Shown here: positions 25,161 through 38,075 of the stretch, piece after piece
How positions within the stretch are numbered: the stretch's first letter is position 1
Layout of the letters: the number at the start of each line of letters is the position of its first letter
From: Chiloscyllium plagiosum
Lineage: Eukaryota
DNA length: 64,000 bases
Reading direction: 5' to 3'
Assembly: GCF_004010195.1 (NCBI RefSeq)
Contig: NC_057739.1
Coordinates: forward strand, 35,972,163-36,036,162
The notes under the pieces: model-generated
Seen by the model: the letters and a program-made list of their open reading frames with translations, nothing else
What the model was told of the DNA's origin: nothing
Database searches by the model: none
Program-made: the position numbers and the translations under genes

Positions 25161-25467
25161 CTCATTTCCCCTCCCCCCACCTTGTCTCAGTCAAATCCCT
25201 CGAACTCAGCACCGCCTTCCTAACCTGCAATCTTCTTCCTGACCTCTCCACCCCCACCCCCACTCCAGCCTATCACCCTCACCTTGACCTCCATCCACCT
25301 ATCGCATTTCCAACGCCCCTCCCCCAAGTCCCTCCTCCCTACCTTTTACCTTAGCCTGCTGAACACACTTTCCTCATTCCTGAAGAAGGGCTCATGCCCG
25401 AAACGTCGATTCTCCTGCTCCTTGGATGCTGCCTGACCTGCTGCGCTTTTCCAGCAACACATTTTCA
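25161..25467 (+). mobile_element. Penelope-like terminal repeat with hammerhead core
   Basis: C-rich tract then ctgaagaagggctcatgcccgaaacgtc (about 25380-25407). TSD agttccaatc at 25151-25160 and 25468-25477. Inserted in an old CR1-like region. Confidence 0.8.
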
Positions 25468-28400
25468 GTTCCAATCAAAAAGTAAGGTATACAAAGTGGT
25501 GAAAACTAGAAGCATGGCACAGGATTTGGAATTTGTTTTTAGGAACTTAGAGAATTTTTAAATAGATAGCTACAAAAATAATAAAAAATGAGAACATTGA
25601 TTATAAAAATAAATAGACAAGAAATACCAAAACAAACAACAAGAGCTTGTATGGGTATACATAAGGAAGACAGTTGCTAAAGTAAGTTTGCAACTCTTGG
25701 AAGAGGAATTAATAATGGGGAACAATGAAATGGCAGATAATTTAAATCAATATTTCACATTGGTCTTCATAGTGGAAGATACTCTAAACATCCGAAAAAT
25801 AACAGATAAGCAATGTGCTAATGGGACAAAAGATGTTGTAGCACTGTTTATAATAACAAACAAATGGAATTTCCTCCCTAATGGCATTGAGAGTGCAGCT
25901 AGACCAGATGTACTGCAACTGTTAAAGGTGGCAGCTCATCACCACCTTAAAGGCAATTAGGGATGGGCAATAAACGTTTGCCGAGTCTGTGATGCCTACA
26001 TCCTGTGCATGAATTAAAAAAAAGCTAAAGAAAGACCTTATGGCCTGCTTTTAAGGGTATCAAATGAGCTGGTTGCAGAAATAGTTGAGACATTGGTCAA
26101 AATATTCCAGAAATATAGTCTGACAGGTGCTTGGGAAACTGGTCAACCCAATGGACTTGAGGACATTTTCCCCTTTAGACTCATGCACAAAGTCAGTCCT
26201 GGTTGGTGGGATGAACATTTCCTCTCTGCTCGCTGTAATGCTCCCATGAGGAATAAGGTTAGACAGTCGCAGACCACTTCCTTTTTGGCATAAGCCCAAA
26301 ATATAACCCAGTAAATTAACAATGTTATTTACAAAGGTCATAACCAATGTAGGAAATGGAAAAAAATAGAGGACAGAAACCAATTTTATGAATAGTATGC
26401 ACTTAAAGTCAATTTTGAGATAAATGTTTCAAACAAAATAATAGGAATTCCTTTTGAGGAAAAGCATCAAACAGTTTGGCAAATTGATCTGACATTTCAG
26501 CATTTATTATTCAAAATATACACATGCTAAGAGAATCAAAGAATGAATCACACAGTTGGTGAGAACGATAGCAAAAGTTTTTTTCCTCTCTCTCTCTCTC
26601 ACACACAGCACTGGTCTCCTGGAGGCTGGAATAAGTTCAAAGGCAAGCATTTCGAAACAACAGATTTCTGTACATGCATTCAGTTTAACTTACCAGAAGT
26701 TTTCTTTAAATGAGAACTACTGAAAAGGCCTTCAGATTCTTTTTCAAAGTCAAAGACAATCCTAACATCAACATTTTCCCATGAGTGAAGTACAGTTTGG
26801 CCTCAACTGCTCAATTGTCCCCTTTGTAGTTTGGTTTGTGGAAAACAAAATTCCCAATCTAGGTGATGCCATGATTTTATTCTGACAATAAGGAAGAAAA
26901 TAAAACACCATCTTGTTTGTAAATTTGAATTATGAAACTATAGTAGTATCTGACCAACACTGTATATCATTTTTGTTTTACAGTGGAGATAAACTGCATG
27001 TGCAATTACCACTTTCCTGCAGAGATCAACAGTAATGATTTTAAAAGGCCTCTCATACACTCATGAATCTGACATCAGAGATCACTCAGGTAATACATAC
27101 AGTGAAGTAAATGTAAGAATAGAATAAACTAACATATATAAATAACTGAAGGAATTTAAAAAGAGAAATTTCACCCTACAAAATTAATCTCTCTTGACAC
27201 AGTAAATTCCCATTATCAAAATCCAGCAATGCACAACATCCTGTCCAATGAAATGTGAAATGGTTGAAAGAATAATTATTTCTTCAAAAGTTTCAAAAAT
27301 GTTCAACTCACAGCATTAGTCAAGGAAACCTAAGACTCGACAGCAACAGACAGACAATAACAAGCATTGCTGTGGAAGTTTACCCAAAATAGACACTAAA
27401 ATCAAAACGAAATCATGGTTAAAAGTAGAACTGAATAGTCCCTACATGAGCATTCGGTATTAATTAAACTATTACATAATGCACCTTTAAATTTGGCAAT
27501 AGAAAGTCAAAACAACAGTTGCTCAGATGGAAAAGCTTCTCTATTAGTGAGGCTCAAAGTTCTTACAACAACTCTTCTGCTAATTCAATCTAAGTTCACC
27601 TGCCAAGACTTTACTTCAATGAACTGAGCCAGATTTTCCCACACAGAATGTTCAATGTGACTAGCAAAGATTCAGTGTTCAACCAACAACATGCTATTGT
27701 GCAGTATTTGGCTCATTACATGGAAATAGATACATTAAACACCACATACACACCCCTAGCCCAAAACTAAGTGGTATTGATCATGCTCAGCTGCAAAAGA
27801 AAAGATGTAGCTATAATTTCAAGGCATGTAATTCAACTGAAGAGATTAAATAATGCACATCAATATTGTCCAAGTTATTAAGTAACATGAACACGAAAAA
27901 ATTACAGGAAGAAAATATTTAGAATAATTTGAAAATATTCAATTGCCATCGGTAACTCAATCATGTACAAAAGTTGAAAAGAATTAGCAACTTTTATTAT
28001 AAACCTCATCCAATCTGACTCAAAAGCTGAAAATTATCATGGAGCAAGACAGCCAAAGAAGTGGATGCTTACAGCGTCAGTCACAGATGATAATGATGCA
28101 GGCATGTATCTTTTCACTATTTCTCCATTCCTTTGGATGGTGAGGACTTACTTCCACACCATTTGAAGGGCGCTTTAGAAGATGATCCTGTTCTACCTAA
28201 GACAATGAATACTTTAGAAACTGTGTGATTTTTAAATATAAAATTTAATTTTTAGAAACAAAAAATTGTGTGAATGAAGCTACATTAAGAACAGTATAGG
28301 TCACCAAAAGCCAGTAAGCTGTGCTCAAGATCAAATGCAGATTGGAAACTATGGATAACCTATAGTTCAGCTTCATCCTGTGAACTTAAACATGAAGTCT

Positions 28401-29512
28401 TTGTCCCAATGTACAGTATGTATAAATTAAAAATACTGACCTGACAGATGGGTCCTTATTAAATTTGAAGCGCGTGGCCTTTCTTGAAGAATACAATAGT
28501 CTACATTTCGATTGACTATTCAACTTTTTAAAGAATAAAACAAAATATACGATGATCCTTTACGCTTTCTCTACTTCGGGAGTCTTTTTCTCTACTACTG
28601 TTCTCTATGAACCATGCGTGTCTCTCGCAGCAGGCACAAAACTGACTCCCACATCTTTGCAATTCTGCAGCTGTTGAAGAGCATAACCGTGATCCATGTT
28701 GACTCTACAATTTTCATTTCCTCTCTTACGTCAGATGCCTGCTACATATTACTTCCACACCCAAACCACAGAGATTCAGAATTCAGACTTGCAGGTTACT
28801 GCTCTGCGATAAAATCTTTAAAACTCTCTTAGTTCAAAGGAGATGGCATGTAAAAGTCATTTCAAAGTTGAGTATTTATAAACAGTTGTTCATATAATAC
28901 ACTATACTTAAATTGATGCAACATTTGTATATTTTTAAAATAAAGGCATGCATCTGTAAACAGTTATGGTTTTGTCATTTCCGCCTATCTGAAAGGAATG
29001 CTGATTCCAGAAGTGTGCACAGCAGCAAGCAACTACAGCTCCAAGAAGAACGCGAAAAAATATCAATGGTGACAAACCCATGCTACAGGAAAAATCATTC
29101 AAAGCAAAGTAAACACAACTTACTAATGAAGAAATTACTTAATATAGTGACTGAAAAGGCCGTACTCAAGAAGTACATAATCATTAACAGTTTCCATTTA
29201 CTGACGTACTCAACTGCACATAAAACAATGGTGCATAACATCTGGGACATTCATTTGTAAATATTCAGTATTCTCAAAAGGCTTTGAAATAGCATCATCC
29301 CACTGACAGCCACAACTGTAATGTTAATTTTGACCCACTTAGTAAATAAAAATCTGAACATAATTAAGTGAACTTTGGGGTTCAGCTGGGAGGAAATGCA
29401 CTGCCTTCCTGCATTCCTAATTCAGTTACATCCTAGTGTAGTCCCAAGCCTGAGTGATTTGTAGCTTTTAAATTTTATGGACAGTCCAAATCACAGAAAA
29501 TATTCAAGTCAA

Positions 29513-30268
29513 AGTCTGTGAGAAGATTTGTAGCTCGGGTGCTCGTTGTTGTGGTTCTGTTCGCCGAGCTGGGAATTTGTGTTGCAGACGTTTCGTCCCC
29601 TGTCTAGGTGACATCCTCAATGCTTGGGAGCCTCCTGTGAAGCGCTTCTGTGATCTTTCTTCCGGCATTTGTAGTGGTTTGAATCTGCCGCTTCCGGTTG
29701 TCAGTTCCAGCTGTCCGTTGCAGTGGTCAGTATATTGGGTCCAGGTCGATGAGCTTATTGATAGAATCTGTGGATGAGTGCCATGCCTCTAGGAATTCCC
29801 TGGCTGTACTCTGTTTGGCTTGTCCTTTAATAGTAGTGTTGTCCCGGAATGAGGACATGCCGCAACCCAAAGGACTAGCCACACTACCATACNNNNNNNN
29901 NNNNNNNNNNNNNNNNNNNNTAGTGGTTTGTATCTGCCGCTTCCGGTTGTCAGTTCCAGCTGTCCGTTGCAGTGGTCGGTATATTGGGTCCAGATCGATG
30001 TGCTTCTTGATTGAATCTGTGGATGAGTGCCATTGCCTCTAGGAATTCCCTGGCTGATCTACAGATTCTATCAATAAGCACATCGACCTGGACCCAATAT
30101 ACCGACCACTGCAACGGACAGCTGGAACTGACAACCGGAAGCGGCAGATTCAAACCACTACAAATGCCGGAGGAAAGATCACAGAAGCGCTTCACAGGAG
30201 GCTCCAAAGCACTGAGGATGTCACCTAGACAGGGGACGAAACGTCTGCAACTCAAATTCGGCGAACAG
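29513..30268. mobile_element. Penelope (GIY-YIG 3' end) multi-arm fold-back insertion
   Basis: TSD aatattcaagtcaa at 29499-29512 and 30269-30282. Two minus arms and one plus arm (REFLEAWHSSTDSINK.IDLDPIY), hammerhead cores, N gap 29893-29920. Confidence 0.88.
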
Positions 30269-31429
30269 AATATTCAAGTCAAGTTACAAGGGCATAGAGA
30301 GTGTAAAGTTGAAAATGTGAAAAGTTTCCCATAGTGGAGAATGGCTGTTCCTTAATACAGTGCAAATTTGTCCCTTTTGATAGCTGAAAGAGTTTACTGA
30401 GCAAAAAGCAATGTCATATAAGATAAGAAGCTAGTAGAACAGTCAGACAAGTAGGAAGTACATTTTAGCCTGGATAAATTGAGGTGATATTTTGGGAGTG
30501 AAATCATAGTTGCAGATTATTTGACTAGCTAGTTCTATAAAGTACAAAACCTTGTCTAACCTTTAATTCTGTACTAGTGCCCTACAGTTTTCCCATCAGA
30601 GTCCATACTTAAATAACTGGTCTCTTCACAACTAAAATCTAAGTTACAAACCATTTATCACCAGTTGCCCTCTGTGCACTCTTCAGTGCTTTCCTGCTCT
30701 TTTAAATTAAAATAAAAAAATACCCCAGGTCTCTTTAGATGCTGTTAGGACCAGCTGCAAACTTAAGTGTTTTCAGTTGATTCAAATGTACAAATTTATT
30801 TTCTTTTCCTTTTCATTCATGGCATTTTTTCAAAAAGTTGGAGCATTTCATATTTCATGTAATATTCTAAATGTGACTTTATCAAGAAGTGATCTTGGGT
30901 TAGAATAGTCTGTTAAATTGTAATTAAATGAATGTTTGATACAGCCCAGATATCTGCTTCACATTAATTGAAGACTTTAGAGACAATCAAGAGCAATATA
31001 TTGGGATCCTTTTTCACTCTTACCAAAGGCCACTGTGATCCCAAGTTTTGTTTTTCTGTTCAAACATACACAAAAGTCTGGTATTGTTCAGCCATTCAGT
31101 AATTCAAATTTCCCCAAAATAATTACTTGTCCCAAGTACAGTCTATTCCTCAAAGTCTATTAAATCAATTGTTTAATGGTTCAGCTTTTATTAGAAAGAC
31201 TAAATTCAGTCATTGCTGTGCTATTAACCTTAACTCAATATAATTAGATAATACTCAATTTGCATTTTAGCATAAAATATAACAGAGTAGAATTTATTTC
31301 CCAAATTCTAACCGATTAAATAAAGACCAGTCCAGAAAATAGAGTTGAATGATAAAACTAAATTTAAAAAATATACTTTCACTGTTTTTCTTTCAAAGCT
31401 CCATTGCGGGATGTGGACGTCATTAGCTG

Positions 31430-31817
31430 CCGAGCTGAAAGGTTGGAACTGGGATAAAGTGGGGAAGGGGAAATGAAAAAACTAGTGAAGTCCAGGCTTC
31501 CAACTCAGCACCACCCTCATGACCTTTCCTACCTGTCCATCTTCCTTCATACACCTATTTACTCCATCCTCCTCTCTGACGTATCACCATTACCCTCACC
31601 TCCATCTACCTATTGCAATCTCAGCTACCTTCTCCCCAGCCCCACCCACTCCCATTTATCTCTCTACCCACTCAGCTCACAAGCCTCATTCCTGATGAAG
31701 GGCTCTTGCCTGAGACGTCGATTCTCCTGCCCCTCGTACGCTGCCTGACCTGTTGTACTTTTCCAGCACCACACTCTCGACTTTGATCTCCTGTATCTGC
31801 AGTCCTCATTTTCTCCA
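31430..31817 (+). mobile_element. Older Penelope-like terminal repeat
   Basis: C-rich tract, decayed core ctgatgaagggctcttgcctgagacgtc (about 31692-31719) and tail atctgcagtcctcattttctcc. Confidence 0.7.
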
Positions 31818-31849
31818 TCACATATGTGTCAACTCTCTAAATGAGCAAA

Positions 31850-34330
31850 ACGACCAATGACATCCTTCCGTCTATTCCCTGCAACCCTGCATATTGTTTC
31901 CATGCAAATAATCAAGTAATGCACTAGTGAATGTCTCACTCTACTGCACTTTCAGACAGGCATTCCAGATCCGAACCATTTGCTGTTTGAAAATATTTTT
32001 TCTCACATCACACTTACTTCTTTTGTAAATTACTTTAAATCTGTGCCCCCTCATTCTCAATCCCTTTACCATAATACAATAAGAAATAGGAAAATGAGTA
32101 GGCCATTTGGGCCCTCAAACCAGCCCTGCCATTCAATAGAACCCTATGTGTTACAATGAGATCACCTTTCATTCTTCTGTATTCCAATGAGTTCAGTTGG
32201 AACCTGCTTAATCTTTGCTCATAAGGTAATCTCTCTGTACAGAGATCATTCAAGTAAACCTTTTCTGAACTGCCTTCAACTAAATAATATTTTCTCTTAA
32301 GAGGTCCAAAACTATTCTCAGTACTATAGACATTGTCTCATTTCACCAGCACTTTGTACAATTGCAGTATTTTCTTTATTCTTACATTCCAATGCACTTG
32401 AAATAAGGACCAATGTTCCATTAACCTTTCTGACTGCTTGCTGCACCTGTGTGCTACCTTTTGTGTTTCATGCAAAACACACCCAACTCATAGAATCATG
32501 CAGTACAGAAACAGATCCCTCAGTCTAACTCATCCGCATTGACCAGACATCCCACTCTGACCTAGTCCCATTTGCCAACATTTGGCCCATATCCCTCTAA
32601 ACCCACCCTATTCATATACCCAACAAGATGCCATTTAAATGTTGGAATTATACCACCTCAGCCACTTCCTCTGGCAACTTGTTCCATGTACACCCCACCC
32701 CTGCATGAAAAAAGTTACCCTTCAAGTCCTTTTTAAACCATTCTACTCTCACCCTAAACCTATCCCCTCTAATTTTGGACTTGCCACACCGCAGGGAAAG
32801 GATCTTGGCTAGTCACCCTATTTATGTCCCTCATGATTTTGTAAACTTCTAGGTCACCCCTCAACCTCCAATGGTCCAGAAAAATGGCACCAGCCTATTC
32901 AACCCCTACTTATAATTCAAACTCTCCATTCCTGGCAACATCCTTGTAAATCTTTTCTGAATCTTCTTAAGTTTAACAACTGCCTTCCTATAGAAGAGTG
33001 ACCAAAATTGAATGCAGTGTTCCAAAAGTGGCCTCACCAATGTACTGTACAGCTGCAACATGACCTCGCAGCTCCTGTATTCAATATTCTAACCAATAAG
33101 GCAAATATGCCAAATGCCTTCTTCACCACCCTGTCTGCCTGCAACTCCACTTTCAAGGAATTATGCACTGCACTCTTAGGTGTCTTTGTTCGACAGGGCC
33201 CTATTATTAACTGTTTAAGTCCTGCCTTGGTTTGCCTTATCAAAATGCAACACCTCACATTTATCTAAATTAAACTCCATCTGCCACTCCTCAGCCTATT
33301 GGTTCATCTGATTAAGGTCCCATTTTATTCTGAGATATCCTTCTTCACTGTCCACTACACTACTAATTTTGGTGTCATCTGCAAACTTACAAACCATGCC
33401 ACCTATATTCACATCCAAATCATTTATACAATTGCCGGGCGGCACAGTGGCTCAGTGGTTAGCACTGCTGCCTCGCAGCACCAGGGACCAGGGTTCGATT
33501 CCAGCCTTGGGCGACTGTCTGCGTGGAGTTTGCACATTCTCCCTGTGTCTGCATGGGTTTCCTCCGGGTGCTCAGGTTTCCTCCCACAGTCCAAAGATGT
33601 GCGGGTTAGGCGAATTGGCCATCCTAAATTGTCCATAGTGATAGGTGCATTATTAGGGAGTAGGTGAATGGGTCTGGGGGGTTACTCTTAGGAGAGTCAG
33701 TGTGGACTTGTTGGGCCGAAGGGCCTGTTTCCACACTGTAGGGAATCTAATCTAATCTAATCTAATCAAAAAAGTGTTGTAAAACAGTAGACCAAGCACC
33801 AATTCTTGTGGCATACTGCTGGTTTCAGGCGTCCAGTCTGAAAAGCAATACTCTACCACCATCCTCTGTCTCCTACCTTCAAGCCAATTTTGTACCAATT
33901 GGCTAAGTCCCCCTACATCCAATGTGATCTGACCTTACTAACCACCTTTTTGTGTTGCAGTTTTTTCCATTTAAATCATTCTGTTCTTCTGTTCTCCCTT
34001 CCAAAATGAAATACTTCACATTTTCCCAGGTCATATAACAACTTTTCTGCCTACTTACTCAACTTATCAACATCTCTCTATTAACTACTTGTATCCCTAA
34101 ATGGGAACGGTTTCCCTCAACTATCCTATTCATATCCTTCATGATTTTATCTTTAATCAAGTCACTCTCAACCTTGTCCTCTACAATGAAATCAGCCCTA
34201 ACCTCCTGTCAATCTTCATAAATGAAGTTACTCACTTCTGGAATTATCTTTGTAACCGTTGAGCACTCTATCCAATCCATTCATATCATTTCTGAAGTAT
34301 GGTGCCCAAAACTGTACGCACTACTCCAGC
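31850..34330 (-). mobile_element. Nest of minus-strand CR1 fragments (younger copy about 32490-33945, itself interrupted by a SINE)
   Basis: RRMKGDLI, VKKAFGIFA and FADDTK motifs and several CR1 tails on the minus strand. Confidence 0.8.
33437..33766 (+). mobile_element. Full-length HE1-type SINE
   Basis: tRNA-like head with A/B boxes and (aatct)n tail. Confidence 0.92.
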
Positions 34331-34523
34331 TTTGGAAATTTGACAATATAAATAAAAATAATATGTCATAGATGGATTAACATTCTGTTGATAAATTAGT
34401 TTTCAAGATTTGTCTTGAAATTATTCAAGATTATAATCTTAGGAGAAGTAATTATATCAGTGCAAGATTTCTTCTTTCGAGGAAGATCGAAGAAACTTCA
34501 CATTCCTAAAGTAGTGGATGATA

Positions 34524-35010
34524 GAATCATAGAGTTGTACAGCACGGAAACAGACCCTTTGATCAACTCATCCACGCTGACCAGATTTCCTAGATTAATC
34601 TAGTCCCATTTGCCAGCATTTAGCCCACATCCCTCTAAACCCTTCCTATTCCTAGACCCATCGAGATGCCTTTTAAATGTTGTAATTGTACCAGCCTCCA
34701 GCAGCTCATTCCATACATGCACTGCCCTCTGCATGAAAAGTTGCCTCTGAGGTACCTTTTAAATCTTTCCCCTCTCACCTTTAAATTACACCCTCTAGTT
34801 TTAGACTCCCCCATTCCTGGGAAAAGATCTTGTTTATTCACCCTATCCATGTCCCTCATGATGTTATAAACCCCTTTAAGGTCACCCCTCAGCCCCCAAC
34901 ACCCCAGGTAAAATAACCCCAGCTTATTTAGCCTCTTACGATAGATCAAACCCTCCAACCCGAACAACATCCTTGGAAATATTTTCTGAACCCTTTCAAG
35001 TCTCAGAACT
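34524..35010 (-). mobile_element. CR1 3' fragment
   Basis: LERVQK...LRGDLKGVYNIMRDMDRVN plus tail. Confidence 0.88.
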
Positions 35011-35309
35011 TCCATAGGTGTCATGAAGTAAAAAAACATACAAGGACACTGAATGGAGTAGGATTGATAGGCTGAATGGCTTTCTTGCATTGTCAATTTC
35101 CTTGTTAAATGATTTGCAAGTGTACTAATCTTAAACCCACTACTGTACAGTGTCAGCATTACACAATCATAGGCATTACAGATCTGGCAAGCACTAGGTA
35201 AACTAGATGCCTTGCATCAGCTGACTTGTGAATGATTCACCAAATCAGATGATCATCTGACACAAAATTCCACAATCTAAAGATTACAAAAAAATATGGC
35301 CAAGGATTT

Positions 35310-36200
35310 TTAAAATATTCATTCATGGGGTGTGGGTGCTGTTGGAATGCCTATCCCTAATTACCCTCAAGAATGTTGTGGTGAGCTGTCTTGAACCATT
35401 ATGTTTAATTTGGCATTTATGGTATTGTCAGAAGAAGGAAATGTCTCAAGCAGACATCACAATGGGTTTCCTCAAGCAGAGCAATTAGTGTTCTGTTAGT
35501 TTTCTTGCTTGGCCAATATAATCAGCTGCAAAACCACAATTACAATAACGTCTATCTATATAGCATCTTTAACAAAGTAGAAAGTTCCAAAAGTACTCCA
35601 GACAGTCATCGGGAAAGAAATGAAGGCTGAGTCAAAAGTGAATACAGAAAAAAAATAAAAAGCTTGATCAAGAATGTGGGTATTAAAGAAGGTCTTAAAG
35701 GAGAATGTTGATTTTGTCATTGGTGTGTAGTTACATCCATAGTGCTGTTGGGAAGAGAGCTCCAGGATTTTGATTCATTTTCCTGAAGGAACCACAATAT
35801 AGTTTTCAGTGATAGGATGATGTGCATCATGTAGGTGAAGTTGTAGGTGGTTGTATTTCCATATATCTACTGCCCTTGTCTTTTTAAATCTACAAGTTGG
35901 GGATTGGGAAGGTGCTTCAGTGCAGCTTGTAGATGGCACATAATGCCCACCTCTGTGTATCAGTGGAGGAGGGAGAAACTGTTGAAGCTGGTGAATGGGG
36001 TGAGTGCCAATCAAGGAGACAACTTTGTCCTGGGTAGTGTCAAGCTTCTTGTTTGTTGCAGCTGAACTCAGCGGGGTAAGTTGAAAGTGTTTTATCATAT
36101 GCTTGCATTATGTCTTCTATATGGCAGACAGGCTTTGTCGAGTCAGACAGCGAGTTACACACATTATTCCCAGCGTCTAACCTATTCTTGTAACCACCTT
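35310..36200 (-). mobile_element. Decayed L2/CR1-group LINE 3' region
   Basis: Minus ORF SAATNKKLDTTQDKVVSLIGT resembles an L2-type ORF2 C-terminus; fragmented. Confidence 0.55.
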
Positions 36201-36664
36201 TCCTAAGATCACCTAACATGGCTCAGTTTCAAATTATGTTCATAATATTCATAATATATCCAAGTAACTTGGGATATTTTGTACTTCATATAATCTCTGT
36301 AATAATAAAGCATGATATAAATGCCAGTTGCAAATATTTTTGTGTTGCTTTGTTTCACAAGTTTAAATACTTTCTCAGAAAAATCTGTCAGTTTCCATAT
36401 GCTTTTGAAAGCTATTATTTAGAAAGAATGCAGTAGGGAAAACCAGAAAAGACCATTTGGTCAATGTGATTGGTCTCAGACTTTACTATGAATACTCATC
36501 AAATAATTTTCTTACTAGTCAATTCCAAAAACCACCATGTGAAAGCTATGTCTGATTTGTCTATACATTTTCCCCTCTGCCTCCTTATGGTCACTGTTCG
36601 ATTCTTGAAACCAAGTAAATAGTTTATTAAGCTTGTATTAATCTTATCAATTTTCAGTCTTATA

Positions 36665-36894
36665 CAGGGCGACCCCCGTATCCATGGAATAGTTTCCCGC
36701 AGTTTCAAATATCCTCGGTTTACTGTGGCCTGAACATATTACAGGGAACCTTCCGGAACCAGGGATCAGAGGGCTGCAGGGAAGGATAAGTTTCCTGTTG
36801 AAACGAATGGGTTCACTCCTATCTGTGGTTTCTGGCTTCTGTGGTAGGTTATGGAACATATCCCCTGCAGGTACGGGATGGGGAGGAACTACTG
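36665..36894. mobile_element. Tigger/pogo-like MITE
   Basis: TA|cagggcgacccccgtatccatgg ... cctgcaggtacgggatggggaggaactactg|TA: imperfect TIRs with TA flanks. Confidence 0.65.
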
Positions 36895-37813
36895 TATTCT
36901 ACTGTAATCAAAATTAGTTTCTGTAGTTTCTTCTCAAATCTCAAATGTCCTATTGCCAGGCATCAAACAAATGATTCATTGTTGTACTTTTCCAATACTT
37001 TGCTTTCCCCTTTTTCCTGCAAAATGGTAACCAAAACTCCACATCGTACTCCAGATGGAGCTAAATATTGCCTTGCTAAGAACAAAATATTTTACATGTT
37101 ACACCCCACCTCAGTATCTTAGAATTCTATCGACCGTTGCATATGAAGTATACAGATCCTACATTACAGACTGCACTAAAACTCGCAGATGACAGATCCT
37201 GAGCCAGCAAGCTCATTATATTATAAACAGACATCATCACTTCCACAAAGTAACACTGACTAGCCAAAAACAGATCTCATCCACATGAAAGTAGACCTAT
37301 TTCTCTTAACATTGGATCTTGCTAAACCAAATGACAGCACTTTACATAAATTTAGTGTAGGACATATCTGTAGGCAATGGATGTTTTGACAGCTTGATTT
37401 TAAGCAAATGCGTAACCTTGTCAATGATTCGGTATCCTTGTCAATTTTTCTGTGCCAAGATGAATTCTTTAACATAACAAACAATTGAACATTTATGGTA
37501 TTACTAGAAAAAGAATCTGTCCTGTGCACATCGCAGTGTTTTCGCCTACCCAGTCCCTACATTCTACTGCAAGTTCTCTTCTTTGGTCAATATAATCGAC
37601 TGCAATATCACAACAATAACTTCTACTTTATGGCACTTTTAGCAAAAGAATATTCTAAAAGAACTTCAAACATTAAGAAGGAAAGAAACAAAGGCTGAGC
37701 CAAAGGAGGATATACAAATGATGATCAAGAACTTGAACAAAGGTGGAGGTTTTAGAAAGATTCTAACCAAGTTAGAAAGATTTAGACTGAAAATTCCAAA
37801 GCATGCAGCCTGG

Positions 37814-38075
37814 TTGACTAAAGGCACAGCCTTAATGATAAGGCTGAGGAAGCAAGAATGCACAGAAGGCTGCAGGGTCAAAGGGATATAAAGGCAGTGA
37901 ATGTGTTTCTAGTGCTGAAGAAATTTATGAGGAGAAAGTGAGGTCTGCAGATGCTGGAGATTGACTAAAGGCACAGCCTTAATGATAAGGCTGAGGAAGC
38001 AAGAATGCACAGAAGGCTGCAGGGTCAAAGGGATATAAAGGCAGTGAATGTATTTCTAGTGCTGAAGAAATTTAT
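37814..38075. repeat. 115-bp direct duplication separated by a 32-bp Penelope terminal tag
   Basis: 37814-37928 and 37961-38075 differ at one base. The spacer gaggagaaagtgaggtctgcagatgctggaga matches the start of the 18442 insertion (one mismatch). Confidence 0.92.
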
